From positions 1,216,001 through 1,280,000 of the forward strand of contig OZ242376.1 of NCBI GenBank assembly GCA_965209085.1: 64,000 nucleotides of DNA, in the 5' to 3' direction. This document shows positions 40,593-50,608 of the stretch, piece after piece. A program made the position numbers and the translations under genes. Positions within the stretch are counted from its first letter, which is position 1. Every line of letters begins with the position of its first letter. The notes below the pieces were generated by a model. It saw nothing but the letters and a program-made list of their open reading frames with translations, ran no database searches and was not told the DNA's origin. Origin of the DNA: Nitrosopumilaceae archaeon. GTDB lineage: Archaea > Thermoproteota > Nitrososphaeria > Nitrososphaerales > Nitrosopumilaceae.

Positions 40593-41335
40593 TTTTCAAT
40601 GCGCGGGGCAAGATAATATGAGACTTTGGTCATGGACGGCATTTCAAATAATAGTTTTATCGGCGTCTGTGAGCCGTACTCTATTCCGACATTGTTGCAT
40701 GATTTTCCAATTGTCCGTACAAGCTGCGTCAGGTATTCTATATTGTATACGGAACTGGCATTCTCTTTGACTTCCAAGGATGATAAATCCTCCTTTAGCA
40801 CGTTGATTTTCGCATCTCCAATGTCGCCTTTGCCTGAAAACTGGATTCGTTTTGTGTTTGAATCAATGGTTACATGCTCTGAGACTTTTTCAATGTTTGA
40901 CATTACGCGGGAGAGCGCTTCGGGGGATATTTTTATTTTTGATGCAGCCTCTATCTTTGGTACCGGAGTATTTACCTCGCGGCCCTCGAGCAGTTTGAGA
41001 TTGTATTTCATGTCAAGTGAGCCTGAAAATGTAATGCGGAGTTTGTCCTTGCCCTCTATGGCAAGAGTCACCTTGTCGTTTGGCGATGCAGCAGCTAGGA
41101 CGTTTTTAAAATCCTCAATTTTTATGCCAAACATCGAGGTATCAGCCTTTAGTGATTCAAAGGAGCGTTTTGGAAAGGATACATCAAGCAGTGCCACATG
41201 GGCAGCGTCCATGCCGCGGAACGTTATCCCATCCTCGCTGCATATGAACATTGCATCCTCTACGATGTTTCCGATCGCTGTAAGAACCGATTTCCATTCC
41301 CCCAGGTTTGCTATTACAGCCTCAAACACAGACAT
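40589..41335 (-). CDS. pcn: PCNA sliding clamp
   Basis: GMDAAHVALL, YYLAPRIE. Confidence 0.93.
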   Translation of the reverse strand: MSVFEAVIANLGEWKSVLTAIGNIVEDAMFICSEDGITFRGMDAAHVALLDVSFPKRSFESLKADTSMFGIKIEDFKNVLAAASPNDKVTLAIEGKDKLRITFSGSLDMKYNLKLLEGREVNTPVPKIEAASKIKISPEALSRVMSNIEKVSEHVTIDSNTKRIQFSGKGDIGDAKINVLKEDLSSLEVKENASSVYNIEYLTQLVRTIGKSCNNVGIEYGSQTPIKLLFEMPSMTKVSYYLAPRIEN

Positions 41336-41446
41336 ACACATTTTGATATGGCGTATTAACCTTTTTTGTACAACTTTGATCGCATAAAATGCACAAACGT
41401 ACGCAATTATCCAAAAGTTATATGCAATACATTTGCATAAAATACA

Positions 41447-42559
41447 ATGTCAAGCTCCATAGGTAAAAGGCTGGTATTGACCAGCTTTGGAGAAAGTCAC
41501 GGAAAATGCATAGGGACGGTTCTTGACGGATGCCCTGCAGGATTAAAGCTAAACGAGGGGGACTTGCAGCCCATGCTCAACTGGCGCAAACCGGGGCAGT
41601 CATCGATTACCACACAGAGAAAAGAGGGTGATATTGCAGAGATTGTTTCCGGCACTTTTAGAGGAAAAACGACCGGTGCACCCATTGCCATATTGATATG
41701 GAACAAGGATCAGGATTCGCGCACGTATGAAAACCTCGAGGAGGTTCTGCGGCCTGGCCATTCAGATTATCCGGCAATGGTAAAATATTCCAAATACAAC
41801 GATTACCGCGGAGGCGGCAGATTTTCCGGCAGACTGACTGCCACTCACGTGATGGGGGGCGCAATTGCGCGCAAACTTTTAGAGCAGACTCTGAAAATTA
41901 AAACAAATTCGTATGTGATTCAAATCGGTAAAAATAAAATGCCAGAATCAAATACAGTCCCATCTCAGCAAAAGATCTATTCAACTGATACGCGGTGTCC
42001 GCATGCTGCATCTTCGGCAAAAATGAAAAATGCAATATTGGATGCCAAAAAAAACGGCGACTCGCTTGGCGGTGTGATAAAATCCATCACATATGGTGTT
42101 CCCGTCGGAGTGGGCGAGCCCGTATTTGATTCGATAGAATCAGATTTGGCAAAGGCGATATACTCTATACCATCCGTAAAGGGGGTTGAATTTGGATCAG
42201 GATTTGCAGGGTCTGCTACAAAAGGCTCAGAGAACAATGACATTTACAAAATAGATTCAAGGAAAAAAATCACCACGCATACAAATAATTCCGGCGGCAT
42301 ACTTGGAGGACTCTCCGTTGGGATGCCGATTGTCATGAACGTTGCATTCAAACCGGCATCCTCGATATCAATTCGGCAAAAAAGTGTAAACATTAAAACA
42401 AAAAAATCTGCAAATCTGCAGGTAAAGGGAAGACACGACCCGTGCGTCGTACCCCGCGCACCTCCCGTAGTGGATGCGCTAGTCTCCCTGACCATCGCGG
42501 ATCTTGCAATACAGGGCGGTTTTATACCGCAGGTGATCACATCTCATGGCAGAGATTGA
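41447..42559 (+). CDS. aroC: Chorismate synthase
   Basis: GESHG, RPGHSD, NNSGGILGG, FKPASSI, GRHDPC. Confidence 0.96.
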   Translation: MSSSIGKRLVLTSFGESHGKCIGTVLDGCPAGLKLNEGDLQPMLNWRKPGQSSITTQRKEGDIAEIVSGTFRGKTTGAPIAILIWNKDQDSRTYENLEEVLRPGHSDYPAMVKYSKYNDYRGGGRFSGRLTATHVMGGAIARKLLEQTLKIKTNSYVIQIGKNKMPESNTVPSQQKIYSTDTRCPHAASSAKMKNAILDAKKNGDSLGGVIKSITYGVPVGVGEPVFDSIESDLAKAIYSIPSVKGVEFGSGFAGSATKGSENNDIYKIDSRKKITTHTNNSGGILGGLSVGMPIVMNVAFKPASSISIRQKSVNIKTKKSANLQVKGRHDPCVVPRAPPVVDALVSLTIADLAIQGGFIPQVITSHGRD

Positions 42560-43916
42560 AAATCTGCGCGGGCAAATTGACAAGATTACCGTGCAAATGA
42601 TGGAGCTTTTTAAAAAACGCGGGGATGCTGCGCGTCAGATTGGAGCCATAAAGGGCGCAAGCGGTAAAAACGTGCTAGATGTGGAGCGCGAGGAGCAGCT
42701 GCGGGCAAAAGTGCTCAAAGCATGCTCAGAGATTGATCTAGAAGATGGTGCCGGTACAAGACTGCTGAATTTTCTTTTAAATGAATCAGTAAAGGTCCAG
42801 TCAGATGAGGTTCCGCAAAGCACCCATTTGTCCATATTTGCAAAAGCAAAAAAAATGGAAAAAGACGGTGCAAAAATCATCCACATGGAAGTGGGCGAGC
42901 CGGATTTTTCCCACCCGGCTAAAATTGCAGAGCTGCTAAATGCTGCGTGTAAAAACGGGCGCGTAAAATATGGCGCACCTGAAGGCGATGCTGAATTTCG
43001 GACAAAGATTGCAGAGCATGCATCATCTGCATACGGTGTAAAAATAACACAGGAGAATGTTTTTGTGAGTGCTGGTGCAAGACATGCAATATACCTTGCA
43101 ATGGAAACTTTGTTAGAGTGCGGCGATGAGGTAATAATCATAGAGCCGGCATGGCCCGCATACGTGCAGTGCGCCACAAATGCCGGTGCAAAGGCAAGAA
43201 TAGTCCGGACAGTTATTGAAAACGGATGGGAGCCGTCCATACAGGAGATAAAATCAAAAATAAATTCCAATACAAAGATGATCATTTTAAATTATCCAAA
43301 CAATCCTACAGGAAAAATACTGCCAAATGATCTTTTGGATTCGGTATTAAACGTGGCAAAAGAAAACAATTTGTATGTTTTAAGCGACGAGATTTATTCC
43401 CGGTATGCTTATTCCATACCGCACAAGAGCGTTGCATCATACGGGTATGAAAAATCCATTGTGACGCAGTCGTTTTCAAAATCACACGCCATGACAGGAT
43501 TCCGCATAGGGTATGCAATAGCTGGAATTGACATTGTAAAAAAAATGGCCAAACTGCAGGCACTGTGCATGACAAGCGTCTGCGAGCCGGTCCAGTATGC
43601 GGCAATGAATGTGTTAAACGATGATGTCTCATCAAATGTCCGCATAATACAGGAGAGGCTTGATGCACTAGGCAAGGCATTGGATGGAACGCGATTGCAG
43701 GCATTTACACCAGATGGGGCAATGTACGTATTTTGCCGCCTCCCCGGAGGTCTTGACGGTACAGCACTTGCTGAAAAACTCCTAAAACACGGCGTGGCAG
43801 TGGCTCCAGGAGAGGCTTTTGGCCAATACCGCGATTATATTCGTATTTCTGCGTGCACAAATGTTGGACAGTTAAATAACGGTATAAAAATAATATCAAA
43901 CGTGGTAAACTCGTAA
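42546..43916 (+). CDS. Chorismate mutase fused to class I/II aminotransferase
   Basis: N-term LRGQID...RE (AroQ); GEPDF, NYPNNPTG, SDEIY, SFSKSHAMTGFRIG. Confidence 0.9.
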   Translation: MAEIENLRGQIDKITVQMMELFKKRGDAARQIGAIKGASGKNVLDVEREEQLRAKVLKACSEIDLEDGAGTRLLNFLLNESVKVQSDEVPQSTHLSIFAKAKKMEKDGAKIIHMEVGEPDFSHPAKIAELLNAACKNGRVKYGAPEGDAEFRTKIAEHASSAYGVKITQENVFVSAGARHAIYLAMETLLECGDEVIIIEPAWPAYVQCATNAGAKARIVRTVIENGWEPSIQEIKSKINSNTKMIILNYPNNPTGKILPNDLLDSVLNVAKENNLYVLSDEIYSRYAYSIPHKSVASYGYEKSIVTQSFSKSHAMTGFRIGYAIAGIDIVKKMAKLQALCMTSVCEPVQYAAMNVLNDDVSSNVRIIQERLDALGKALDGTRLQAFTPDGAMYVFCRLPGGLDGTALAEKLLKHGVAVAPGEAFGQYRDYIRISACTNVGQLNNGIKIISNVVNS

Positions 43917-43917
43917 A

Positions 43918-44781
43918 ATGACCAAAGCTGTAAAAACCTTGGCAATACTTGGTGCTGGAGGAAGCATGGGCACATGGTTTTCAAAATATTTCCTAGGTCT
44001 AAAATACAAAGTTATCGGTTTTGATTCTGAAAAAGAGATAAAGGTAAAGGGAGTTGTCGGTGCAAATTCGCTTGTGGGTGCAATACTCACAGCAGACTAT
44101 GTACTCTTGTGTACCCCGCCGCGCAAAACTCCAGAGATAATACGGCTCATTGCAAAAGAGATGAAACGCGATGCGTATCTTATAGACATTGCATCACAAA
44201 AATCAAAGACATCATCAGCTTTAGCAAAGATACCTGCAAAAATAAATCCCGTATGCATACATCCAATGTTTGGACCCACGAGCACATCATTAAAGGGCAA
44301 AAATGTAATATCAATTCCAATACGCGATGCAAAAAAAGAGCTTACCCTAACAAAGGGTCTTTTTGAGGGCGCAAACTTTGTCACAATAGATGCAGCCGAA
44401 CACGACAAGAAAATTGCAGCCATACTCGGACTCACCCACATGGTCAACCTCATATTTGCAAACATCATATCAAAGGATGACAAGGCCGGCCTTACAGATA
44501 AAATGGCAGGTGCCACGTATAAAACGCAAAAGGTACTTGCCGAGGGAATCATGACCGAATCCCCGCAGCTCATAGAGGCAATCATATCAAATCCGGAACT
44601 GCGCCGTCTAGCTGAAGAGTTTTGGAAAGACATGGGCAGGATGCTCACAAGCGTGCAGGATACAAAGATTGAAGAAATTGTAACTTATATCAATACGTGC
44701 AAAGAACGCCTGAATGCAAATTCAGATGTTGCATTATCTGCTAAAAAAATGGCAGCCATATCGCGCGTACTAGAAAAATAA
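43918..44781 (+). CDS. tyrA: Prephenate dehydrogenase
   Basis: GAGGSMG, DIASQK, HPMFGP, EHD. Confidence 0.9.
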   Translation: MTKAVKTLAILGAGGSMGTWFSKYFLGLKYKVIGFDSEKEIKVKGVVGANSLVGAILTADYVLLCTPPRKTPEIIRLIAKEMKRDAYLIDIASQKSKTSSALAKIPAKINPVCIHPMFGPTSTSLKGKNVISIPIRDAKKELTLTKGLFEGANFVTIDAAEHDKKIAAILGLTHMVNLIFANIISKDDKAGLTDKMAGATYKTQKVLAEGIMTESPQLIEAIISNPELRRLAEEFWKDMGRMLTSVQDTKIEEIVTYINTCKERLNANSDVALSAKKMAAISRVLEK

Positions 44782-44820
44782 ATACATTATACATTGTATG
44801 TGATTGTAATTTTATGCACT

Positions 44821-46179
44821 CTATGGTGTCTCGGTTCTAGCTGAATCCTGGGTTTTTTGCACCAGTTCTGACGGCTCATCTTTATCGTATTTTCTTTGCT
44901 GCGGGAGCATTACATAGACGCATGCGCCGCCGCACATTGTACACGGGACGTTGTTCCCAGGATGCTGCCCCGTACGTGAGTGTATGCGGGCAGCCTCTTC
45001 AGGATCAATAGATAGGGCTATCTGCGATTCCCAGTCAAGAGTGCGCCTAGCTTCGGTCATCTTTTGATCCCATTTTATGGCCTTTTCCCGCATCTTTACA
45101 AGGTCTGCTGCGTGTGCTGCAATTCTATATGCAATAAGACCTGCCTTTACCTCCTCAGAGTTTGGCAGTGCAAGATGCTCAGAGGGCGTAAGATAGCAGA
45201 GCAAATCCACACCCTCGCTTGCAGAGATTGCAGCTCCTATTGCGCTTGCAATATGATCGTGCCCTGATGCAATATCAGTTACAAGCGGACCTAGAACGTA
45301 ATATGGAACATCCCCGATGAGTGATTTTGCAAGGCGCACGTTTGCTGCAATCTCATTTAGCGGTACATGACCCGGTCCTTCAACCATTACCTGCACGTCT
45401 TTTTCATGCGCCCGTTTTGTCAGCCGTGCAACGTTTACCATCTCTTGCACCTGCAGCTCATCGTGTGAATCAAGAATGGATCCCGGACGCAGCGCATCGC
45501 CAAGACTGAATGTTACATCGTATTTGCGCGCAACCTCTACAAGATAGTCATAGTTTGAATAATACGGATTTTCTTTTTCGTATTTTAACATCCATGCGGC
45601 AGTAATAGTTCCGCCCTTGCTTACCACGCCGCCGTACCGCTTTACGTGCATTATGCGTTTTGCAATATCTTTTGTAATTCCCGCGTGTATTGTTGTATAA
45701 TCGACCCCGTCTTTTGCATTGTTTTCAAACGCGCGCAGAAAATCATCCTCGGTCATCTTCATCGGGTTTTTGTGATCCACTATTGCCTGATTGTACGCCT
45801 CGTATATTGGAACCGTGCCAAACGTTATGGGGGCTTCGGCCATCAGTGAGCGCCGTATATCCCCGACGTTGCCGCCATCGCTCAAATCCATTATTGTATC
45901 AGCATGATATTTCATCGCCGTATGCGCCTTTGCAATTTCAGCATCCAAATCAACGCTCAGGGTGGATGTGCCGATGTTTACGTTGACTTTGGTCTTCATG
46001 CCACGGCCTATCCCAACATTGTGTATGTGTTGAGGCCGTGCAGTATTGCTTGGTATTATTACAGAGCCTTTTGCAATGGCACGCACAAGCCATGTAAGCT
46101 CTACATCCTCATCGCGCGCAACCTGCCTCATCTGATCCGTTGGAACCCCGCGCCTTGCAGAGGACATCTGTGTTGCCAT
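44821..46179 (-). CDS. thiC: Phosphomethylpyrimidine synthase
   Basis: TKVNVNIGTS, MDLS, GTVPIY, SLGDALRPG, EGPGH, CTMCG...C. Confidence 0.97.
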   Translation of the reverse strand: MATQMSSARRGVPTDQMRQVARDEDVELTWLVRAIAKGSVIIPSNTARPQHIHNVGIGRGMKTKVNVNIGTSTLSVDLDAEIAKAHTAMKYHADTIMDLSDGGNVGDIRRSLMAEAPITFGTVPIYEAYNQAIVDHKNPMKMTEDDFLRAFENNAKDGVDYTTIHAGITKDIAKRIMHVKRYGGVVSKGGTITAAWMLKYEKENPYYSNYDYLVEVARKYDVTFSLGDALRPGSILDSHDELQVQEMVNVARLTKRAHEKDVQVMVEGPGHVPLNEIAANVRLAKSLIGDVPYYVLGPLVTDIASGHDHIASAIGAAISASEGVDLLCYLTPSEHLALPNSEEVKAGLIAYRIAAHAADLVKMREKAIKWDQKMTEARRTLDWESQIALSIDPEEAARIHSRTGQHPGNNVPCTMCGGACVYVMLPQQRKYDKDEPSELVQKTQDSARTETP

Positions 46180-46461
46180 GTACAAGGGGTGCACCTATGT
46201 GTGATTTAAGTAATAGCGTGATTGTCGATGTATTTGATCATTTGGGAAAATTATGACGACACAATGTTTCCTTAAAAACGAGGAAGGGTTGTAAGTGAAC
46301 TTACATGACCATATTCCAGATCCCCTTACCTAACTGTATATAGTTATTATATTATATTAATATTTCAAAAATATTTGTGCCTAGCCCCCCAAGATGTTAC
46401 AAAACCGTGCCCTCATGTCCGCAACCGTTAGATAATTAGAATGCCCCGCTGTAAAAATGCC

Positions 46462-47757
46462 ATGAATGCGCTCACGATTGCCGGCTCAGACCCATCTAGT
46501 GGTGCAGGAATACAAAGGGATTTGCAGGTCTTTGAGAGACTTGGCCTTTACGGACTCTCTGCAATAACGGCGATAACTAGCCAGAATACGCGCGCATTTT
46601 ACAGGACAGAGTCAGTATCTGCAAAATCAGTTTCTGAGCAGATTGGTGCGATTTTGGAGGATTTTGATGTATCAGCTGTAAAAATTGGTATGCTGCACAC
46701 GATACCTGTGATGCGTGCCGTACAAAAACGCCTTAGAGATGTGAAATGTCCCATCATAGTGGATCCGGTTGTCTCATCCACCACAGGAGGTGTGCTGCTT
46801 GCAGCAGATACGATCAAAGAGTTTCAAAAGTGCATAATTCCCCTAGCGTACGCCATGACCCCAAACATGCGCGAATGCAGCATTATATCTGGTACAAAGT
46901 GCGGCAGTATTCAGGAAATTGAATCATCCGCATCCGCTCTAACTTTGATGGGAGCTAGAAACGTCATAGTTACCGGTGCAGTGTCAGGGAATATTGTGCG
47001 CGATTACATATTTGGTGAGAAAAAATTTTCCGTATCATACAAGAAAATACCAGCTGAGAATCACGGAGGCGGATGCACATTCTCATCTGCACTTGCAGGG
47101 TATATGGCATCAGGTAATTCTTTTGAAAAATCCGTCAAAATGGCAGGCAGTTTTGCCCAGAAATTTATAAAAAATGCCAAAAAGATTGGCGGCGGAATTG
47201 CCGTTGCAGGATCAAAGAGGGATGACTCATCAAGAGTTGAGCTTGCAGATGCCATCTGTGCATTCTCAAATATGAAAAATACATGCACCCTGATACCTGA
47301 ATGCCAGACAAATTTTGTGTACGCATCACCAAATCCAAAAACTGCAAAGGACGTACTAGGCGTTCAGGGGCGTATAGTGCGCACAGGTCAGAGTGTTACA
47401 GTATGCGGGGTAATAGCTGCCGGCGGCTCTAGGCACGTGGCATCAGCTGTAATTGAAATGTGTGCAAAATTTCCAACAGTGAGGGCGGCCATAAACATCA
47501 GATATGATGAATCAACCATAAAACGAATGAAAAATGCAAAAATGCGCACTGCCATGTATGAGAGAAGTTCAGAGCCGCCTAGCATCAAAAAGGCAAAAAG
47601 CGGGAGCATTCCATGGGGAATACGTATGGCAGTTAAAAATTCAAAAACTCCCCATGATGCAGTATATCATACGGGGGATCACGGAAAAGAGCCCATGATT
47701 TTGATTTTCGGCAGGACCCCATCGGATGTATTAGCCAAGGTTGCAAGGATAATCTAG
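46462..47757 (+). CDS. thiD: HMP/HMP-P kinase fused to ThiN (ThiDN)
   Basis: TIAGSDPSSGAGIQ, HGGGCTFS; C-term IPECQTN, GGSRHVA, GKEPM. Confidence 0.92.
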   Translation: MNALTIAGSDPSSGAGIQRDLQVFERLGLYGLSAITAITSQNTRAFYRTESVSAKSVSEQIGAILEDFDVSAVKIGMLHTIPVMRAVQKRLRDVKCPIIVDPVVSSTTGGVLLAADTIKEFQKCIIPLAYAMTPNMRECSIISGTKCGSIQEIESSASALTLMGARNVIVTGAVSGNIVRDYIFGEKKFSVSYKKIPAENHGGGCTFSSALAGYMASGNSFEKSVKMAGSFAQKFIKNAKKIGGGIAVAGSKRDDSSRVELADAICAFSNMKNTCTLIPECQTNFVYASPNPKTAKDVLGVQGRIVRTGQSVTVCGVIAAGGSRHVASAVIEMCAKFPTVRAAINIRYDESTIKRMKNAKMRTAMYERSSEPPSIKKAKSGSIPWGIRMAVKNSKTPHDAVYHTGDHGKEPMILIFGRTPSDVLAKVARII

Positions 47758-47804
47758 CACGTGTATTTTGTGGTGCTTAAATAGTTCATAGAGCATTTAC
47801 ATGC

Positions 47805-48506
47805 ATGAAAGCGGTAATACTTGCAGGCGGTCTTGGAACAAGGCTGCAGCCGTACACGATGTTTGTGCCAAAGCCCATGCTTCCTTTAGGGGAAAAACCG
47901 CTTCTTGATCACATGATACGGTGGGCAAAAAAAAATGGCATAAAATCATTCGTTTTGTGCACGAGTTATCTTCACAGGGTCATAGAGGATTATTTTGAAG
48001 ACGGTGCAAGATTTGGCGTAAACATTGAATATTCAACTGTTGACAAACCGCTTGCGACTGCCGGACAGTTAAAGACCGCAGAAGAATTAATCGATGATAC
48101 GTTTGTCTGCATGTATGGGGATTCCGTCTTTGATTTTCCGCTGCGCAGTATGATATCGCGCCACAAACAGACCAAATCGTTTGTAACCATGGGTTTGTAC
48201 GAATATGAGACAAAGCTTGCATACGGCGTAATAGAAACGGGTCCGGGAGGCAGGGTGAAAAAATGGAGTGAAAAGCCGGCCATAAAGGCAAATATCAACA
48301 TGGGATGTTATGTTATGGAGCCGGGAATATTTGATTACATTCCAAAGGGCAAGCCGTACGGCATGGATGATCTTGTAAAAAAATCAATAGCTGCAAAAAA
48401 AAGGATTGGCAGTTTTACCACCAAAAAAGGATTTACGGATATAGGGGACAAGGATTCGTACCGTCAGGCAAATCAAATGTTTGTTCGAAAATTAGGAAAG
48501 ATTTAG
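47805..48506 (+). CDS. Sugar-phosphate nucleotidyltransferase
   Basis: LAGGLGTRLQPYT..PKPM. Confidence 0.92.
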   Translation: MKAVILAGGLGTRLQPYTMFVPKPMLPLGEKPLLDHMIRWAKKNGIKSFVLCTSYLHRVIEDYFEDGARFGVNIEYSTVDKPLATAGQLKTAEELIDDTFVCMYGDSVFDFPLRSMISRHKQTKSFVTMGLYEYETKLAYGVIETGPGGRVKKWSEKPAIKANINMGCYVMEPGIFDYIPKGKPYGMDDLVKKSIAAKKRIGSFTTKKGFTDIGDKDSYRQANQMFVRKLGKI

Positions 48507-48508
48507 CA

Positions 48509-48943
48509 TTGAAGGAGCTGCAGGTACGCAGATTGGAGCGCGGCGATTTGGAAAACGGTTTTTTAAAATCCCTTGATTCGCTGCGCCAAGCTTCCGGAAT
48601 AAGCGCAGCAAAGGCAGACGAGGTCTTTGAGCGCATAGAGTCAAATCCCAATCATAGTATTTTTGTCGCATTAAATGGGAGTAAAATAGTCGGCACGTGC
48701 ACACTTTTGATAGAATCCAAGTTTATTCATGAGGGCAGCATTGTTGGACACATAGAGGATGTATCAATTGATGCAGATTGCCAGGGTATGGGAGTCGGAT
48801 TATACCTGGTAAAGGCGGTGCTGAATGCGTCAAGTGAGATGGGATGCTACAAGACACTTTTGGATTGCCAGGATAATGTGGTAAAATTTTATGAAAAGAT
48901 TGGTTTTAAAAAATCCGCAACCACCATGAGATTTGACCACTAG
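48509..48943 (+). CDS. GNAT acetyltransferase, glucosamine-6-phosphate N-acetyltransferase-like
   Basis: ESKFIH....GHIEDV, GCYKTLLDC, FYEKIGF. Confidence 0.88.
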   Translation: MKELQVRRLERGDLENGFLKSLDSLRQASGISAAKADEVFERIESNPNHSIFVALNGSKIVGTCTLLIESKFIHEGSIVGHIEDVSIDADCQGMGVGLYLVKAVLNASSEMGCYKTLLDCQDNVVKFYEKIGFKKSATTMRFDH

Positions 48944-48988
48944 TACTTGTGTAAAATAATGCTGCAATATTGCAAGTAAAAGAGATCC

Positions 48989-49429
48989 TCAAAGATATCC
49001 TTTTTTGAGGCGTCGTACTTTACCCCGCAGTAAAAGCGTGCCGACAATAATTGTCGGAATGGAGACAGCTACAAGCACCAGAGGCAGCACCAATACAGAG
49101 GTGGTCAAATATGTATCATCCACGCCGCCAAGCTGCACTAGCGCTGTATACAGCATGCCAGCAAGCAGTACGCAGCCGCCCATGATTATCATATAGCCTA
49201 CAGGTTTTGAGCCATACCGCCTTGTCATGATAAACGAGACTGCGGACATTATCGAGGCCGGAGCCACGCCTATGGATATGAACTGGAGTATCTTTGGTTC
49301 AGGTTCTAGTATGAGTCGTAACAGGGTTTCAGGAGCTTCCTGCATAAAGTGATACAGTGTTATTATTTCCATTACAAATATCACATACAGTGCAAGTGCA
49401 GCAGCTGCAATGTATTTTTCAATGGCCAT
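48989..49429 (-). CDS. Hypothetical membrane protein (4 TM)
   Basis: Hydrophobic segments; follows galT. Confidence 0.75.
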   Translation of the reverse strand: MAIEKYIAAAALALYVIFVMEIITLYHFMQEAPETLLRLILEPEPKILQFISIGVAPASIMSAVSFIMTRRYGSKPVGYMIIMGGCVLLAGMLYTALVQLGGVDDTYLTTSVLVLPLVLVAVSIPTIIVGTLLLRGKVRRLKKGYL

Positions 49430-50446
49430 TTACTCTATACCCACTAACACTGCAAGTTCTTTTCTGGACGTTTCTCCGAGTTTTTTTGCCGCATCCTCTG
49501 GAGATACGTTATTCAGGCATATGCCATATCCGCGCTCAAGACCTGACGTGGGTTCCATTATAGGATAAATCTCCACATGCCAGTGTATCTGTTTGCTGTG
49601 TTTTTTTTCCGGCGAGAGGTGAAATACAATATTGTATGCAGGATTGTTTGCCGTTTTTGCCAGTCCCCCAAGGACGGATCGCATCATGAGCGCAAGATCG
49701 TTTATTTCTTTTTGGGATATTTTTGCAAAGTTTGTCTCATGGCGTTTTGGACATATCCACATCTCATACGGATGCGCCGATTCCCACGGACATATTGCAG
49801 TAAACCCCTCTGTCTGTAAAACCTGTCTTGAACTCTTGGATTCGGATTCTATTATTTTGCACATTGGACAAAAGCCCTGCTCGTTTAGTATGTGTGCAGA
49901 TATGTCAATTTCCCGCTCTATGGCAGGAGGTATCGTCGAGAGGGTTATAATGTTCATGTGCGGATGCGGATACGTGCTTCCCGCAGCTTCTCCGTGGTTT
50001 GCATATATTGAAACGTATGTTACGCCTTTTTGCGTGTAAAGCCACCGCAGCCGGTCCTGGAGTACAACTAGGACGTTTGACCACTGATCAACTGCAATGT
50101 TTGAAAACGTATCATTTGCCTTTGGCGATGCTGCCACGACATAATGGTATCCGTATGCGGGATCTTTGGCGCACGGACCATCCTCGTAATCGTTTCCTGC
50201 ATCGAGTGTGACAATGGGGTTTTTGCTTTCAAATACGCGAATAGACCAGTTTTTTACAAACTCATCCTCGTTATCCTGCATCCTCTGCAGCATGCCGTCT
50301 TTTTCCACAAGCGAGAGAACCGAGAGATTTGTCATTGATTCGTTTCCAGGAGCTAGCGGTGATTTTTTGGGATCAGTTACAATGTCGTCTTTTTTCCGTA
50401 CAACCATAAAGTGATCCGAGAGATAACCCCTCCGTATGCTAGCCAT
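49430..50446 (-). CDS. galT: Galactose-1-phosphate uridylyltransferase-like HIT protein
   Basis: NHGEAAGSTYPHPH, CPMC, HWHVEIYP, GLERG. Confidence 0.85.
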   Translation of the reverse strand: MASIRRGYLSDHFMVVRKKDDIVTDPKKSPLAPGNESMTNLSVLSLVEKDGMLQRMQDNEDEFVKNWSIRVFESKNPIVTLDAGNDYEDGPCAKDPAYGYHYVVAASPKANDTFSNIAVDQWSNVLVVLQDRLRWLYTQKGVTYVSIYANHGEAAGSTYPHPHMNIITLSTIPPAIEREIDISAHILNEQGFCPMCKIIESESKSSRQVLQTEGFTAICPWESAHPYEMWICPKRHETNFAKISQKEINDLALMMRSVLGGLAKTANNPAYNIVFHLSPEKKHSKQIHWHVEIYPIMEPTSGLERGYGICLNNVSPEDAAKKLGETSRKELAVLVGIE

Positions 50447-50608
50447 CAAAAATGATGAGACGGTGCGTGGGTTTAAACTCTTTGTTGTTTGCATATGCGC
50501 TTGCAAATCCGCATGGTATGAGATGGCAGTATTGAATGCGATCAAATGGTTTGTATTTTACTCAAAGTATAAAATATCCCGCACGAGTTTCAAAAATAGT
50601 GGTGCATT

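Noticed and set aside
40589-41341. PCNA gene convergent inside the aro cluster as a foreign insertion
   Set aside because: Ordinary core gene with host-like composition and no mobility signals
46180-46440. TPP riboswitch upstream of thiC
   Set aside because: No CTGAGA or CCTGAT core on either strand; thiC looks leaderless with a TATA box ~25 bp upstream
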